Shown here in pieces: positions 1 through 8,383 of a stretch of 54,096 bases of DNA. Made by a program: the position numbers and the translations under genes. The DNA is from an uncultured virus (IMG/VR IMGVR_UViG_3300022923_001281) (Duplodnaviria; Heunggongvirae; Uroviricota; Caudoviricetes), in IMG/VR virus record IMGVR_UViG_3300022923_001281, one strand, 5' to 3'. How positions within the stretch are numbered: the first letter of the stretch is position 1; each line of letters starts with the position of its first letter. The notes under the pieces were generated by a model. It made no database searches. It was given only the letters and a program-made list of their open reading frames with translations, and was not told the DNA's origin.

Positions 1-315
1 CCTTTAGATAATTTTACCAAAGAAAACGGTGCTACAGGGTTTGTAAAAGGAAGTCATAAATTTCACTTGGATAATGTAAAATGTTATGAAGGTCATTATA
101 ACGATTTTTATAATGACAACCATGAGCAAATTGAATGCAAGATTGGAGATGTAATTATTTGGAACGCAAAAATATTACATAGCGGCATGCCTAATCATAC
201 TAAGTATTCAAGGGCTGGTATTGCTATAAATTATGTTAGCAATAGTATTATGGATAACCTATACAAAATTATGAATGAACAAAGTCATAGTGAGCAATAT
301 AGAAATGACGTTTGA
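1..315 (+). CDS. PhyH-family Fe/2OG dioxygenase, 5'-truncated by window edge
   Basis: Frame is open from base 1: PLDNFTKENGATGFVKGSHK...GDVIIWNAKILHSGMPN...SRAGIAINY, matching the C-terminal half of PhyH. Confidence 0.8.
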   Translation, partial: PLDNFTKENGATGFVKGSHKFHLDNVKCYEGHYNDFYNDNHEQIECKIGDVIIWNAKILHSGMPNHTKYSRAGIAINYVSNSIMDNLYKIMNEQSHSEQYRNDV

Positions 316-808
316 AGAAAACATACATAACTGGATAGAAAAATTCCTAAGTATACCTAACACGACTTTTAGTAATCTGCCTCCTTGTCCCTTTGCTAAA
401 CAAGCAATGTTAGAAGACAAAATACAATGTGTTGAATTAAAGGCTATAGATCGACTTAGCATTGGTGAATATTTTATATGCGAATTAGAAAACTTTTCTT
501 ATCATTGGCCTAGAAAAAAAGAAGTAGTAATATTAGGTTGCGACCCACAATTAATCACTAGCGAAGAATTATCTCGTGCTGTAGGACATGCTAACGATCA
601 ATTTTTACATAACAGAGGATACATTGCGCTAGAGGATCATCCAGACGAAGAAGAAAAAGTTAATGAAGTAATTTTAAACAATGGCCAATATGCCATTGTA
701 TTTTTACAGGATTCAAAAAAGTTAAATACAGCAAGAACAGCATTACAAAAACAAAATTATTATGTTAACTGGGATGCCGAATACTATGCTGATGTAACTG
801 AAATATGA
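305..808 (+). CDS. DUF1415-like protein
   Basis: WIEKFL...LPPCPFAK and DHPD motifs. ATG at 305 preferred over 275. Confidence 0.55.
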   Translation: MTFEENIHNWIEKFLSIPNTTFSNLPPCPFAKQAMLEDKIQCVELKAIDRLSIGEYFICELENFSYHWPRKKEVVILGCDPQLITSEELSRAVGHANDQFLHNRGYIALEDHPDEEEKVNEVILNNGQYAIVFLQDSKKLNTARTALQKQNYYVNWDAEYYADVTEI

Positions 809-1242
809 CAAGTAGAATCGATTTAACAAAAACAACATATAAAACAATTGATTTTAAATTGTTGTCTAGTAATGAATTTACAGAATGTGAACAAATATAC
901 AAACAGTATATAAGATACAAAAACTTTGAAGAAATATATCCAATTTTTAGAGAAGACTGGGATCATTCTACAGTTTTTGGATATTACGACAACAACCAAT
1001 TAGTAGCATGGAGTGCTTATTATGTATATCCTAGTAAAAGCACAGCACATGCGGATCAATTTGCTTGGAACTACAAGAATCCTAAACTTAAATTAGGTTA
1101 CAAATCTTTGAGAAGTGAATGTGCCTATTTTAGAAATATAGGATTTAAATACCTAATACTCGGAGATCTATACAGTTACAAACAAGAGCTTAAAGGATTT
1201 GAAACAATAAATATAGATTCACCAGGCGCATTTGAGTCTTGA
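805..1242 (+). CDS. Aminoacyl(arginyl)-tRNA-protein transferase C-terminal-like (ATE/Bpt, GNAT fold) protein
   Basis: GYYDNNQLVAWS...QFAWNYKNPKLKLGYKSLRSECAYFRNIGFKYLILG resembles the ATE_C pattern (F.dP...sLG..s.l.Ei......g..y.YLG). Confidence 0.6.
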   Translation: MTSRIDLTKTTYKTIDFKLLSSNEFTECEQIYKQYIRYKNFEEIYPIFREDWDHSTVFGYYDNNQLVAWSAYYVYPSKSTAHADQFAWNYKNPKLKLGYKSLRSECAYFRNIGFKYLILGDLYSYKQELKGFETINIDSPGAFES

Positions 1243-1267
1243 CTTATTACATATAATAGTATATAAT
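1239..1267 (+). promoter_or_regulatory. sigma70-type promoter
   Basis: TTGACT-17-TATAAT. The -35 contains the TGA stop of the upstream gene. Confidence 0.85.
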
Positions 1268-1291
1268 TAAATTAAAACAAAAGGAGCAAGT

Positions 1292-1555
1292 ATGAGTGAC
1301 AGAGTTTACGGCGCTGAAGAAAAAGCTAAACTAGAACGTCTAGTAAAAGAAGGTGTAACAGTATTACAAGAGATTGAAGATTTACAAGGCGGATTGAAAG
1401 AAACTGTGAAAGCAGTAGCAGAAGAACTTAACGTAAAACCTAGTCTTATTAATAAAGCAATTAAAGTTGCTCAAAAAAATGACTGGTCACGTCATCAAGA
1501 TGAATTTGAAGATCTTGAAACCATTGTTGCTACAACTGGATATGATAAAGACTAA
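1292..1555 (+). CDS. T4 DsbA/GapR-like dsDNA-binding protein
   Basis: 87-aa helical protein (KLERLVKEG...EIEDLQGGLKETVKAVAEELNVKPSLINKAIK) with a strong AAGGAG RBS. Confidence 0.6.
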   Translation: MSDRVYGAEEKAKLERLVKEGVTVLQEIEDLQGGLKETVKAVAEELNVKPSLINKAIKVAQKNDWSRHQDEFEDLETIVATTGYDKD

Positions 1556-1573
1556 GTACTTTAAGGAGTTTAC

Positions 1574-2077
1574 ATGAATCGAGGCAAAGTAGAACCAGTT
1601 TGGCAAGACCAAAGTTTTTATAATTTAGATTATGAAAGTCGCGGTGGTTATGGGCAAGATGAATACATCATGTATGGGCACGATCCATACAAAGTAATAA
1701 TTAACAATGATGTATATGTTGGCCCAATGTCTAAGATGCCAGACTTTAGTAGCAATGTGATTGAACAACTTCCAACTCATGATAGTTATAGTGTTGCTTT
1801 TTACAGAACACCACCAGGTAACATATTGCCAGTACATAAAGATATGTATTGTAATTATATGAAAATGAACAACATATCAGATGTTAACAAAATTACTAGA
1901 TACATTGTTTTCTTAGAAGATTCTAAACGTGGACATCTTTTTCAAATAGAAAAAGAAGTGTTAGCAGACTGGAAGCGTGGAGATTGGATTAGTTGGACAG
2001 GCAGTACTTTACATGCGGCATATAATATGGGTATAGAGCATAGGTACACAATGCAGGTTACCTGTTTTGATAACTAG
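1574..2077 (+). CDS. Fe/2OG oxygenase-like (cupin) protein
   Basis: LPVHKD...LHAAYNMG...RYTMQVT gives HxD...H...R. Confidence 0.7.
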   Translation: MNRGKVEPVWQDQSFYNLDYESRGGYGQDEYIMYGHDPYKVIINNDVYVGPMSKMPDFSSNVIEQLPTHDSYSVAFYRTPPGNILPVHKDMYCNYMKMNNISDVNKITRYIVFLEDSKRGHLFQIEKEVLADWKRGDWISWTGSTLHAAYNMGIEHRYTMQVTCFDN

Positions 2078-2348
2078 AATATTAGATTACTTTAAAGAGA
2101 GTTATAGATTATCTCCAGTAGCGTTTTACTGTGAAATGGCCGAAACAACTTTATTAATGGCTGCTTCAGTAATACTTACTTTTACTGTGTTAGATCCTGC
2201 TACTGAACTTTTTATACCAATGTATTTAATAGGTAGTATACTAGGTGTCATTAGCACAGTTATACGAAAGGCAGCATTTGCTATTATATTGTGTGCTTGG
2301 TTTGTGCTTATGAATTCTCTTGCTCTAATACAACTTTTCGTGTTATAA
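2067..2348 (+). CDS. small membrane protein
   Basis: Three hydrophobic segments. TTG start overlaps the upstream stop. Confidence 0.6.
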   Translation: MITRILDYFKESYRLSPVAFYCEMAETTLLMAASVILTFTVLDPATELFIPMYLIGSILGVISTVIRKAAFAIILCAWFVLMNSLALIQLFVL

Positions 2349-2366
2349 TAATAAAAAGGAATATAA

Positions 2367-5048
2367 ATGCCATACGTTGATGCTTTTTTTGATAGAGATG
2401 CTGATATTATTCGTGCCGTTGAACGCCGCGATGGCAAAAGGCATTATCAAGAATATCAAGCAAAGTACACATTTTACTATGAAGATCCACGTGGCAAATA
2501 CAAAAGCATTTATGGTGATCCATTAACACGTATTGTATGTAAAAACACAAAAGACTTTCGCAAGGAACTTGCTATAAACAAAGGCAAGAAAATGTTTGAG
2601 TCTGATCTTAATCCTATATTTCAATGTTTAAGCGAACACTATCTTAATCAAGATGCTCCTAAAATGAATGTTGCTTTTTTTGATATTGAGACAGACTTTG
2701 ATCCAGAGCGTGGCTTTGCTGATCCAAGCGATCCTTTTATGCCTATTACTGCTATTACTGTACATTTACAATGGCTAGATGCTCTTATTACTTTTGCTTT
2801 GCCGCCAAAGACACTAACTATGGAAGAAGCACAGGCAGAAGTAGAAGATTTTGACAATACATTCTTGTATGCTAATGAAGGCGAAATGCTAGAAGCGTTT
2901 CTTGATATTATTGAAGATGCTGATATTATAAGTGGTTGGAACAGCGAAGGTTATGATATTCCATATACAGTCAATCGTGTAAGTAGAGTGCTGAGCAAGG
3001 ATGATACAAGACGTTTTTGTTTGTGGAAGCAACTTCCTAAAAGACGTGAGTTTGAAAAGTATGGCAAAACTGCTGAAACATTTGATACTGTTGGCAGAGT
3101 ACATATGGACTATCTTGAACTATATCGCAAGTACACATATGAAGAACGCCACACATACAGACTAGATGCTATCGGCGAATTGGAAGTTGGTGAAAACAAG
3201 ACTGTGTATGAAGGCACACTTGATCAACTTTATAACAATGACTTCAAGAGATTTATTGAATATAATAGACAAGACGTTGCCCTACTTGACAAACTAGATA
3301 AGAAGTTAAGGTTTATTGACTTAGCAAATCAAATTGCACATGACAACACAGTGCTATTACAAACAACAATGGGTGCTGTAGCAGTTACAGAACAAGCTAT
3401 TGTAAATGAGTCGCATAATAGGGGCATGCAAGTTCCAAACAGAAAAGAACGTGATGGACAGACAGCAGCAGCTGGTGCTTATGTTGCGTTTCCTAAAAAA
3501 GGTTTACATGAATGGATTGGTTCAATGGATTTGAACAGTCTGTATCCAAGTGTTATTAGAGCAATGAACATGGCACCTGAAACTATTATAGGACAAATTA
3601 GATTAGAAATAAGCGAAGCTCGTGTACAAGAAGATATGACACTTAAAAAGAAAAGTTTTGCGGGCAGTTGGGAAGGCAGATTTGCTACTGAAGAATATGA
3701 AGCTGTAATGGATCAACGTAGGGATGTATCTCTTACTATTGACTGGGAAGAAGGTAAGGAGCCAGCAGGCAGCACTAGTGATGTTCTAAGTGGTGCTGAA
3801 ATACACAAACTTATTTTTGATAGTCAAATGCCGTGGATGCTTAGTGCTAACGGCACTATTTTTACTACAGAATATGAAGGCATTATTCCTGGTATTCTAA
3901 AGCGTTGGTATAGCGAACGTAAAGATCTACAAAAGATGTTAAAGAAAGCAAAAGATGCTAAAAATGACGCAGAGATTGAATACTGGGATAAACGTCAGCT
4001 AGTTAAGAAGATTAACTTGAACAGTTTGTATGGTGCTATTTTAAATCCTGGTTGTAGATTCTTTGATAAACGTATTGGACAGTCAACTACACTTACAGGT
4101 AGACAGATTGTTAAGCATATGAGCGCAGAAGTAAACAAAGTTGTTACTGGTGAATATGATCACGTAGGCAAAGCTATTATATATGGCGATACAGACTCTG
4201 TGTATTTTAGTGCGTGGCCTGTGTTAAAAGATGAAGTTGCTCAAGGTACTATACCTTGGGGTAAGGATAATGTTATTACATTGTATGATCAGATTTGTGA
4301 ACAAGCAAACACAACATTTCCAGACTTTATGATGCGAGCATTTCATTGTCCAAAGTCACGTAGTGATGTTATTGCGGCGGCTAGAGAAATTGTTGCTGAA
4401 ACAGGCTTGTACATTACAAAGAAACGTTATGCGGCATTAGTATATGACTTGGAAGGCTTTAGAACAGATGTTGATGGTAAACTAGGCAAAGTAAAAGCAA
4501 TGGGGTTAGATTTAAAACGCAGCGATACTCCTGTGTTTATGCAAAACTTTTTAAAAGACTTATTAGATATGGTACTACAGAAAAAAGGTGAAAAAGAAAT
4601 ACTAGATGCTATAAGTGATTTTAGACGTGAGTTCAAAGAACGTCCAGGATTTGAAAAAGGATCACCTAAACGTGCTAACAAGATTGGACATTATCAGCGT
4701 CTTGAGGAAAAGCAAGGCAAAGCAAACATGCCTGGACACGTAAGAGCCAGCATCAACTGGAATACACTTAAACGTATGAATGGTGACAAATACTCACAAG
4801 AGATTGTAGATGGTATGAAAGTTATTGTTTGTAAACTTAGACAAAATCCATTGGGTTTTACTAGTGTTGCTTATCCAACAGATGAACTACGTATTCCAGA
4901 CTGGTTTAAAGAACTTCCATTTGATAGTGACGCTATGGAAGAAGTGATTATTGACAACAAACTAGACAACTTGATTGGTGTGTTGAAATATGATTTAGAA
5001 AGTACAAAACAAAAGACAACATTCAATAATTTATTCGAATGGGACTAA
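2367..5048 (+). CDS. polB: Family B DNA polymerase with 3'-5' exonuclease
   Basis: FDIETD (ExoI), GWNSEGYDIPY (ExoII), YNRQD (ExoIII), DLNSLYPS, KINLNSLYG, YGDTDS, KKRY. Confidence 0.98.
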   Translation: MPYVDAFFDRDADIIRAVERRDGKRHYQEYQAKYTFYYEDPRGKYKSIYGDPLTRIVCKNTKDFRKELAINKGKKMFESDLNPIFQCLSEHYLNQDAPKMNVAFFDIETDFDPERGFADPSDPFMPITAITVHLQWLDALITFALPPKTLTMEEAQAEVEDFDNTFLYANEGEMLEAFLDIIEDADIISGWNSEGYDIPYTVNRVSRVLSKDDTRRFCLWKQLPKRREFEKYGKTAETFDTVGRVHMDYLELYRKYTYEERHTYRLDAIGELEVGENKTVYEGTLDQLYNNDFKRFIEYNRQDVALLDKLDKKLRFIDLANQIAHDNTVLLQTTMGAVAVTEQAIVNESHNRGMQVPNRKERDGQTAAAGAYVAFPKKGLHEWIGSMDLNSLYPSVIRAMNMAPETIIGQIRLEISEARVQEDMTLKKKSFAGSWEGRFATEEYEAVMDQRRDVSLTIDWEEGKEPAGSTSDVLSGAEIHKLIFDSQMPWMLSANGTIFTTEYEGIIPGILKRWYSERKDLQKMLKKAKDAKNDAEIEYWDKRQLVKKINLNSLYGAILNPGCRFFDKRIGQSTTLTGRQIVKHMSAEVNKVVTGEYDHVGKAIIYGDTDSVYFSAWPVLKDEVAQGTIPWGKDNVITLYDQICEQANTTFPDFMMRAFHCPKSRSDVIAAAREIVAETGLYITKKRYAALVYDLEGFRTDVDGKLGKVKAMGLDLKRSDTPVFMQNFLKDLLDMVLQKKGEKEILDAISDFRREFKERPGFEKGSPKRANKIGHYQRLEEKQGKANMPGHVRASINWNTLKRMNGDKYSQEIVDGMKVIVCKLRQNPLGFTSVAYPTDELRIPDWFKELPFDSDAMEEVIIDNKLDNLIGVLKYDLESTKQKTTFNNLFEWD

Positions 5049-5049
5049 A

Positions 5050-5478
5050 ATGAAATTTTTTATAACAGGTACAAGACGTGGTTTAGGTAAAGCACTAGAA
5101 GAAAAATATGGAAATTGCGGAAGTTTAGAAGAATGTGATGTTTTCATCAATTGCAAACACATAGGGTTTGATCAAGTTTATTCCTTATATGAAGCTGCGG
5201 ATCTAAATAAACGTATAATCAATATTAGTTCCAATTCAGGTGATGGTATTAAAAATAAACCGCATGTATATGCTATAGAAAAAAATGCTCTTGACAAAGC
5301 CAATGAACAGTTGTATTATCAAGGAATCGATACAACTAGTGTAAGATTTGGATGGATTGATACTCCTCGAGTACAAGGCGTAGAAGAACAAAAAATGAGT
5401 GTAGAATATTGTATATCTGTAATTGATTGGATACTACAACAGCCGCATAAAATAAAGGAAATTACAATTACACCATGA
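5050..5478 (+). CDS. minimal short-chain dehydrogenase/reductase
   Basis: ITGTRRGLG Rossmann motif, IINISS and YAIEK (YxxxK). Confidence 0.75.
   Translation: MKFFITGTRRGLGKALEEKYGNCGSLEECDVFINCKHIGFDQVYSLYEAADLNKRIINISSNSGDGIKNKPHVYAIEKNALDKANEQLYYQGIDTTSVRFGWIDTPRVQGVEEQKMSVEYCISVIDWILQQPHKIKEITITP
5291..5319 (+). promoter_or_regulatory. putative internal sigma70 promoter
   Basis: TTGACA-17-TATTAT inside the SDR gene. Confidence 0.5.
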
Positions 5479-5882
5479 AAGTAGGATTTACATGTAGTAC
5501 ATTTGATTTGTTACATGCTGGACATGTGCAAATGTTACGTGAAGCAAAAGAACAGTGCGATTATTTAATTTGTGCTTTACAAATGGATCCAAGTGTAGAC
5601 AGAGCTGAAAAGAATGCACCAGTCCAAACTATTGTAGAGCGTTACACACAATTAAAAGGCGTAAAGTATGTGGATGAAATTATTCCATATGGCACCGAAA
5701 AAGACCTAGAAGATATCTTGACAATGTATCATATAGATGTTAGAATACTAGGAGAAGAATACAGAGACAAAGACTTTACTGGTAAGGATATTTGCCGTAA
5801 GCGTGAAATAGATCTGTATTTTAACAAACGTGATCATCGCTTCAGCACAAGCGATCTTAGAAAAAGGGTATGTGAAGTATAA
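5475..5882 (+). CDS. TagD-like cytidylyltransferase
   Basis: TFDLLHAGH (HxGH), ERY..L..VKYVDEIIPY and RFSTS. Confidence 0.9.
   Translation: MKVGFTCSTFDLLHAGHVQMLREAKEQCDYLICALQMDPSVDRAEKNAPVQTIVERYTQLKGVKYVDEIIPYGTEKDLEDILTMYHIDVRILGEEYRDKDFTGKDICRKREIDLYFNKRDHRFSTSDLRKRVCEV
5718..5746 (+). promoter_or_regulatory. putative internal sigma70 promoter
   Basis: TTGACA-17-TAGAAT with an extended -10 TGn. Confidence 0.5.
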
Positions 5883-6040
5883 TGTGGATATTATTTGTAA
5901 TTAGTTTTGTGCCTGATTTAAATGAATATAAAGTCACAAAATTCAACACCTACAATAACAGAACACAATGCGAAATAAATCAGACTGTATTAAAAGCACT
6001 GTTTGAAGAAGATGAAAAGGCGGTTTGTGTATATGAATAA
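5882..6040 (+). CDS. 52-aa hypothetical protein (not in ORF track)
   Basis: MWILFVISFVPDLNEYK...CVYE fills the gap, with overlaps to both neighbours. Confidence 0.65.
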   Translation: MWILFVISFVPDLNEYKVTKFNTYNNRTQCEINQTVLKALFEEDEKAVCVYE

Positions 6041-6728
6041 GTTTGTTTTTGATGTTGACGGAACTCTTACTCCAAGCCGTGGCAAAATGGATTATCAATT
6101 TAAAGCATTCTTTAATACATTTTGCTTGGTAAATGATGTGTATCTTGTTACAGGCAGTGATAAAGAAAAAACTATAGAACAGATTGGCGAAACATATAAC
6201 CTTGCTAAAGTTGTATACAATTGTAGTGGCAACGATGTATACAGTTCTGGTGTAAATATTCGAAGTAAAGAATGGACTGCTCCTAAAGAACTTATGGATC
6301 TAATGTATGGTTGGCTACAAGCAAGCAGTTTTCCTTTACGCACAGGTAATCATATTGAAGAACGTCCAGGTTGTGTGAACTTTAGTATAGTTGGTAGAAA
6401 TGCTACACTAGGTGAACGTAAATTATATATTAAACACGACTTAGAAAACAAAGAACGTGAAAGTATAGCATATCAAATCAATCTTGAGTTTCCAGAAATC
6501 ACGGCAAAAGTAGGAGGAGAAACAGGCATTGATATCTATCCTACAGGCTGGGATAAAGGACAAATACTTGATGACTTTAATGATTTTGATCGTGTTATAT
6601 TCTTTGGTGATAAAATGGAACAAGATGGCAATGATTATCCATTAGCAAGCAAGCTAAAACATCCTAGTAAAGCAATCCATGTTACTGGATGGAAAGACAC
6701 TTGGGAAAAGTTAAAAGAATATGCTTAA
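6033..6728 (+). CDS. HAD-IIB phosphomannomutase (eukaryotic PMM-type)
   Basis: FDVDGTLT, VTGSD, NFSIVGR, GGETGIDIYP.GWDK and FFGDKM..DGNDYPL. Confidence 0.85.
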   Translation: MNKFVFDVDGTLTPSRGKMDYQFKAFFNTFCLVNDVYLVTGSDKEKTIEQIGETYNLAKVVYNCSGNDVYSSGVNIRSKEWTAPKELMDLMYGWLQASSFPLRTGNHIEERPGCVNFSIVGRNATLGERKLYIKHDLENKERESIAYQINLEFPEITAKVGGETGIDIYPTGWDKGQILDDFNDFDRVIFFGDKMEQDGNDYPLASKLKHPSKAIHVTGWKDTWEKLKEYA

Positions 6729-7467
6729 AATAGGTATTGCTGGGTACGGGTATGTAGGACAAGCCCACCATCAAGCACTTAAAGAATATTATGAAATACT
6801 AATTAGTGATCCTGACAAAGGACACTATGACGATTTACGACATTGTGATGCTATTATTGTATGTGTTTCTACACCAATGAATGAAGATGGTAGTTGTGAT
6901 ATGTCTAACGTAGACGCAGTGATTGATGATGCTAAAAATGTTCCTATTTTAATCAAAAGCACAATCAGCATAGAAGGCTGGCAAAATTTACGGGCTAATT
7001 TTACTCATGACAAAATTTGTTTTTCACCAGAATTTTTAAGAGCAGAGTCAGCACTAGACGATTTTAAAAATAATAACACTATTCTTATGGGCGGTGATGA
7101 TATTGGATTTTGGCAAGATTTGTTTTTAAACGCTATGGGCAATATCAATATCTTTACTGCGACACCGGAAGAACTTATTCTTGTAAAATATTTCCGCAAC
7201 AGTTTTCTAGCAACCAAAGTTGCTTTTTTTAATGAAATTTATGACTTGTGTGAAAACACAGATACTGACTACAAAAAAGTAGCAGAATACATTGGCTTGG
7301 ATCCTCGTATTGGATCAAGTCATACAACAGTAACCAGTGAGCGTGGATTTGGAGGACATTGTTTTCCAAAAGACGTAAGTGCTATATTAAAAACGGCAGC
7401 TAATTTTGATAAAAATCTAAATATACTTGAAGCTGCTAACAACTATAATAAAAGGATCAGAAAGTGA
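6721..7467 (+). CDS. ugd: UDP-glucose/GDP-mannose dehydrogenase family protein (short form)
   Basis: GYGYVG, CVSTP, IKSTI, SPEFLR, KYFRNSFLATKVAFFNE and GFGGHCFPKD. Confidence 0.9.
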   Translation: MLKIGIAGYGYVGQAHHQALKEYYEILISDPDKGHYDDLRHCDAIIVCVSTPMNEDGSCDMSNVDAVIDDAKNVPILIKSTISIEGWQNLRANFTHDKICFSPEFLRAESALDDFKNNNTILMGGDDIGFWQDLFLNAMGNINIFTATPEELILVKYFRNSFLATKVAFFNEIYDLCENTDTDYKKVAEYIGLDPRIGSSHTTVTSERGFGGHCFPKDVSAILKTAANFDKNLNILEAANNYNKRIRK

Positions 7468-7607
7468 TAGAAATAAAACCAGACCCTACCTTGAACGAAC
7501 TTAGAAAAATATTCAACCAACATGGTTTAGAATTTTATATTAAGAAACAAAAAGGGTCTGTTGTTAAAGTTCACTTTATGATCACAGAGGAAGAAGAAAA
7601 TACTTGA
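7464..7607 (+). CDS. 47-aa hypothetical protein (not in ORF track)
   Basis: GTG start overlaps the ugd stop (MIEIKPDPTLNELRKIF...EEEENT). Confidence 0.55.
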   Translation: MIEIKPDPTLNELRKIFNQHGLEFYIKKQKGSVVKVHFMITEEEENT

Positions 7608-7632
7608 CTTTCGACAACATAGGCTTTATACT
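7604..7632 (+). promoter_or_regulatory. sigma70-type promoter for the clamp-dpdA run
   Basis: TTGACT-17-TATACT followed by an AGGAG RBS. Confidence 0.85.
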
Positions 7633-7651
7633 AACACAATAGGAGACAAAC

Positions 7652-8380
7652 ATGAAAGACATTCTAAAAGACATTATTGATCACACGCATAAACTAGGAT
7701 TTATTGCGCAGTTAAAAGTTACAAATGATAACGATACTGTAATTGAATCTATGGCAGAAGACAGAAGTGTGATTATGACAGCAACAACACACTCTCCAGT
7801 GGCAGAATTTACAGGTACATTTGGTATGCCCAACTTAGACAAGTTGAATTATCATTTGAACAATCCAGAATACAAAGAGGATGCTAAGATTGAAGTAGTT
7901 CAAGGAGAAAGCAATGGTGAAAAAATGCCAACACATATTCACTTTGAAAACAGGTCTAGCGACTTCCAGAATGACTATCGTTTTATGAATAAAGCACACA
8001 TCGAAGAAAAGTTGAAAAGTGTGACTTATAAAGGTAACAGTTGGGATGTAGAAATTACTCCAAACATTGCTAGTATTGAACGTATGAAACTAATGGCAGG
8101 CGGTAATAGCGAAGAAGTACTTTTCCAAGTTCGCACAGTTGATAACAATTTGAACTTTTACTTTGGTGAAGAAAATACACACAGTGGTTGGTTAACTTTC
8201 CAGCATGGTGTTGAAGGCACACTTTCTCATACTTGGGCATGGCCTATTTCACAAACACTTGCTATTTTAAATTTGTTTGGTGAGAAAACAATGAAAATTA
8301 CAGACCAAGGCGCTATGATGATCAGTGTTGATAGCGGAATGGCACAGTATGATTACATTTTACCAGCACAGCAGAAATAA
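7652..8380 (+). CDS. DNA polymerase sliding clamp (gp45/PCNA-like)
   Basis: 242 aa with an alternating beta/alpha pattern, C-terminal YDYILPA resembling the PCNA/gp45 end, and proximity to polB. Confidence 0.7.
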   Translation: MKDILKDIIDHTHKLGFIAQLKVTNDNDTVIESMAEDRSVIMTATTHSPVAEFTGTFGMPNLDKLNYHLNNPEYKEDAKIEVVQGESNGEKMPTHIHFENRSSDFQNDYRFMNKAHIEEKLKSVTYKGNSWDVEITPNIASIERMKLMAGGNSEEVLFQVRTVDNNLNFYFGEENTHSGWLTFQHGVEGTLSHTWAWPISQTLAILNLFGEKTMKITDQGAMMISVDSGMAQYDYILPAQQK

Positions 8381-8383
8381 TGA

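Noticed and set aside
2367..5048. Intein, intron or split in polB
   Set aside because: Continuous 893-aa ORF with all motifs in order.
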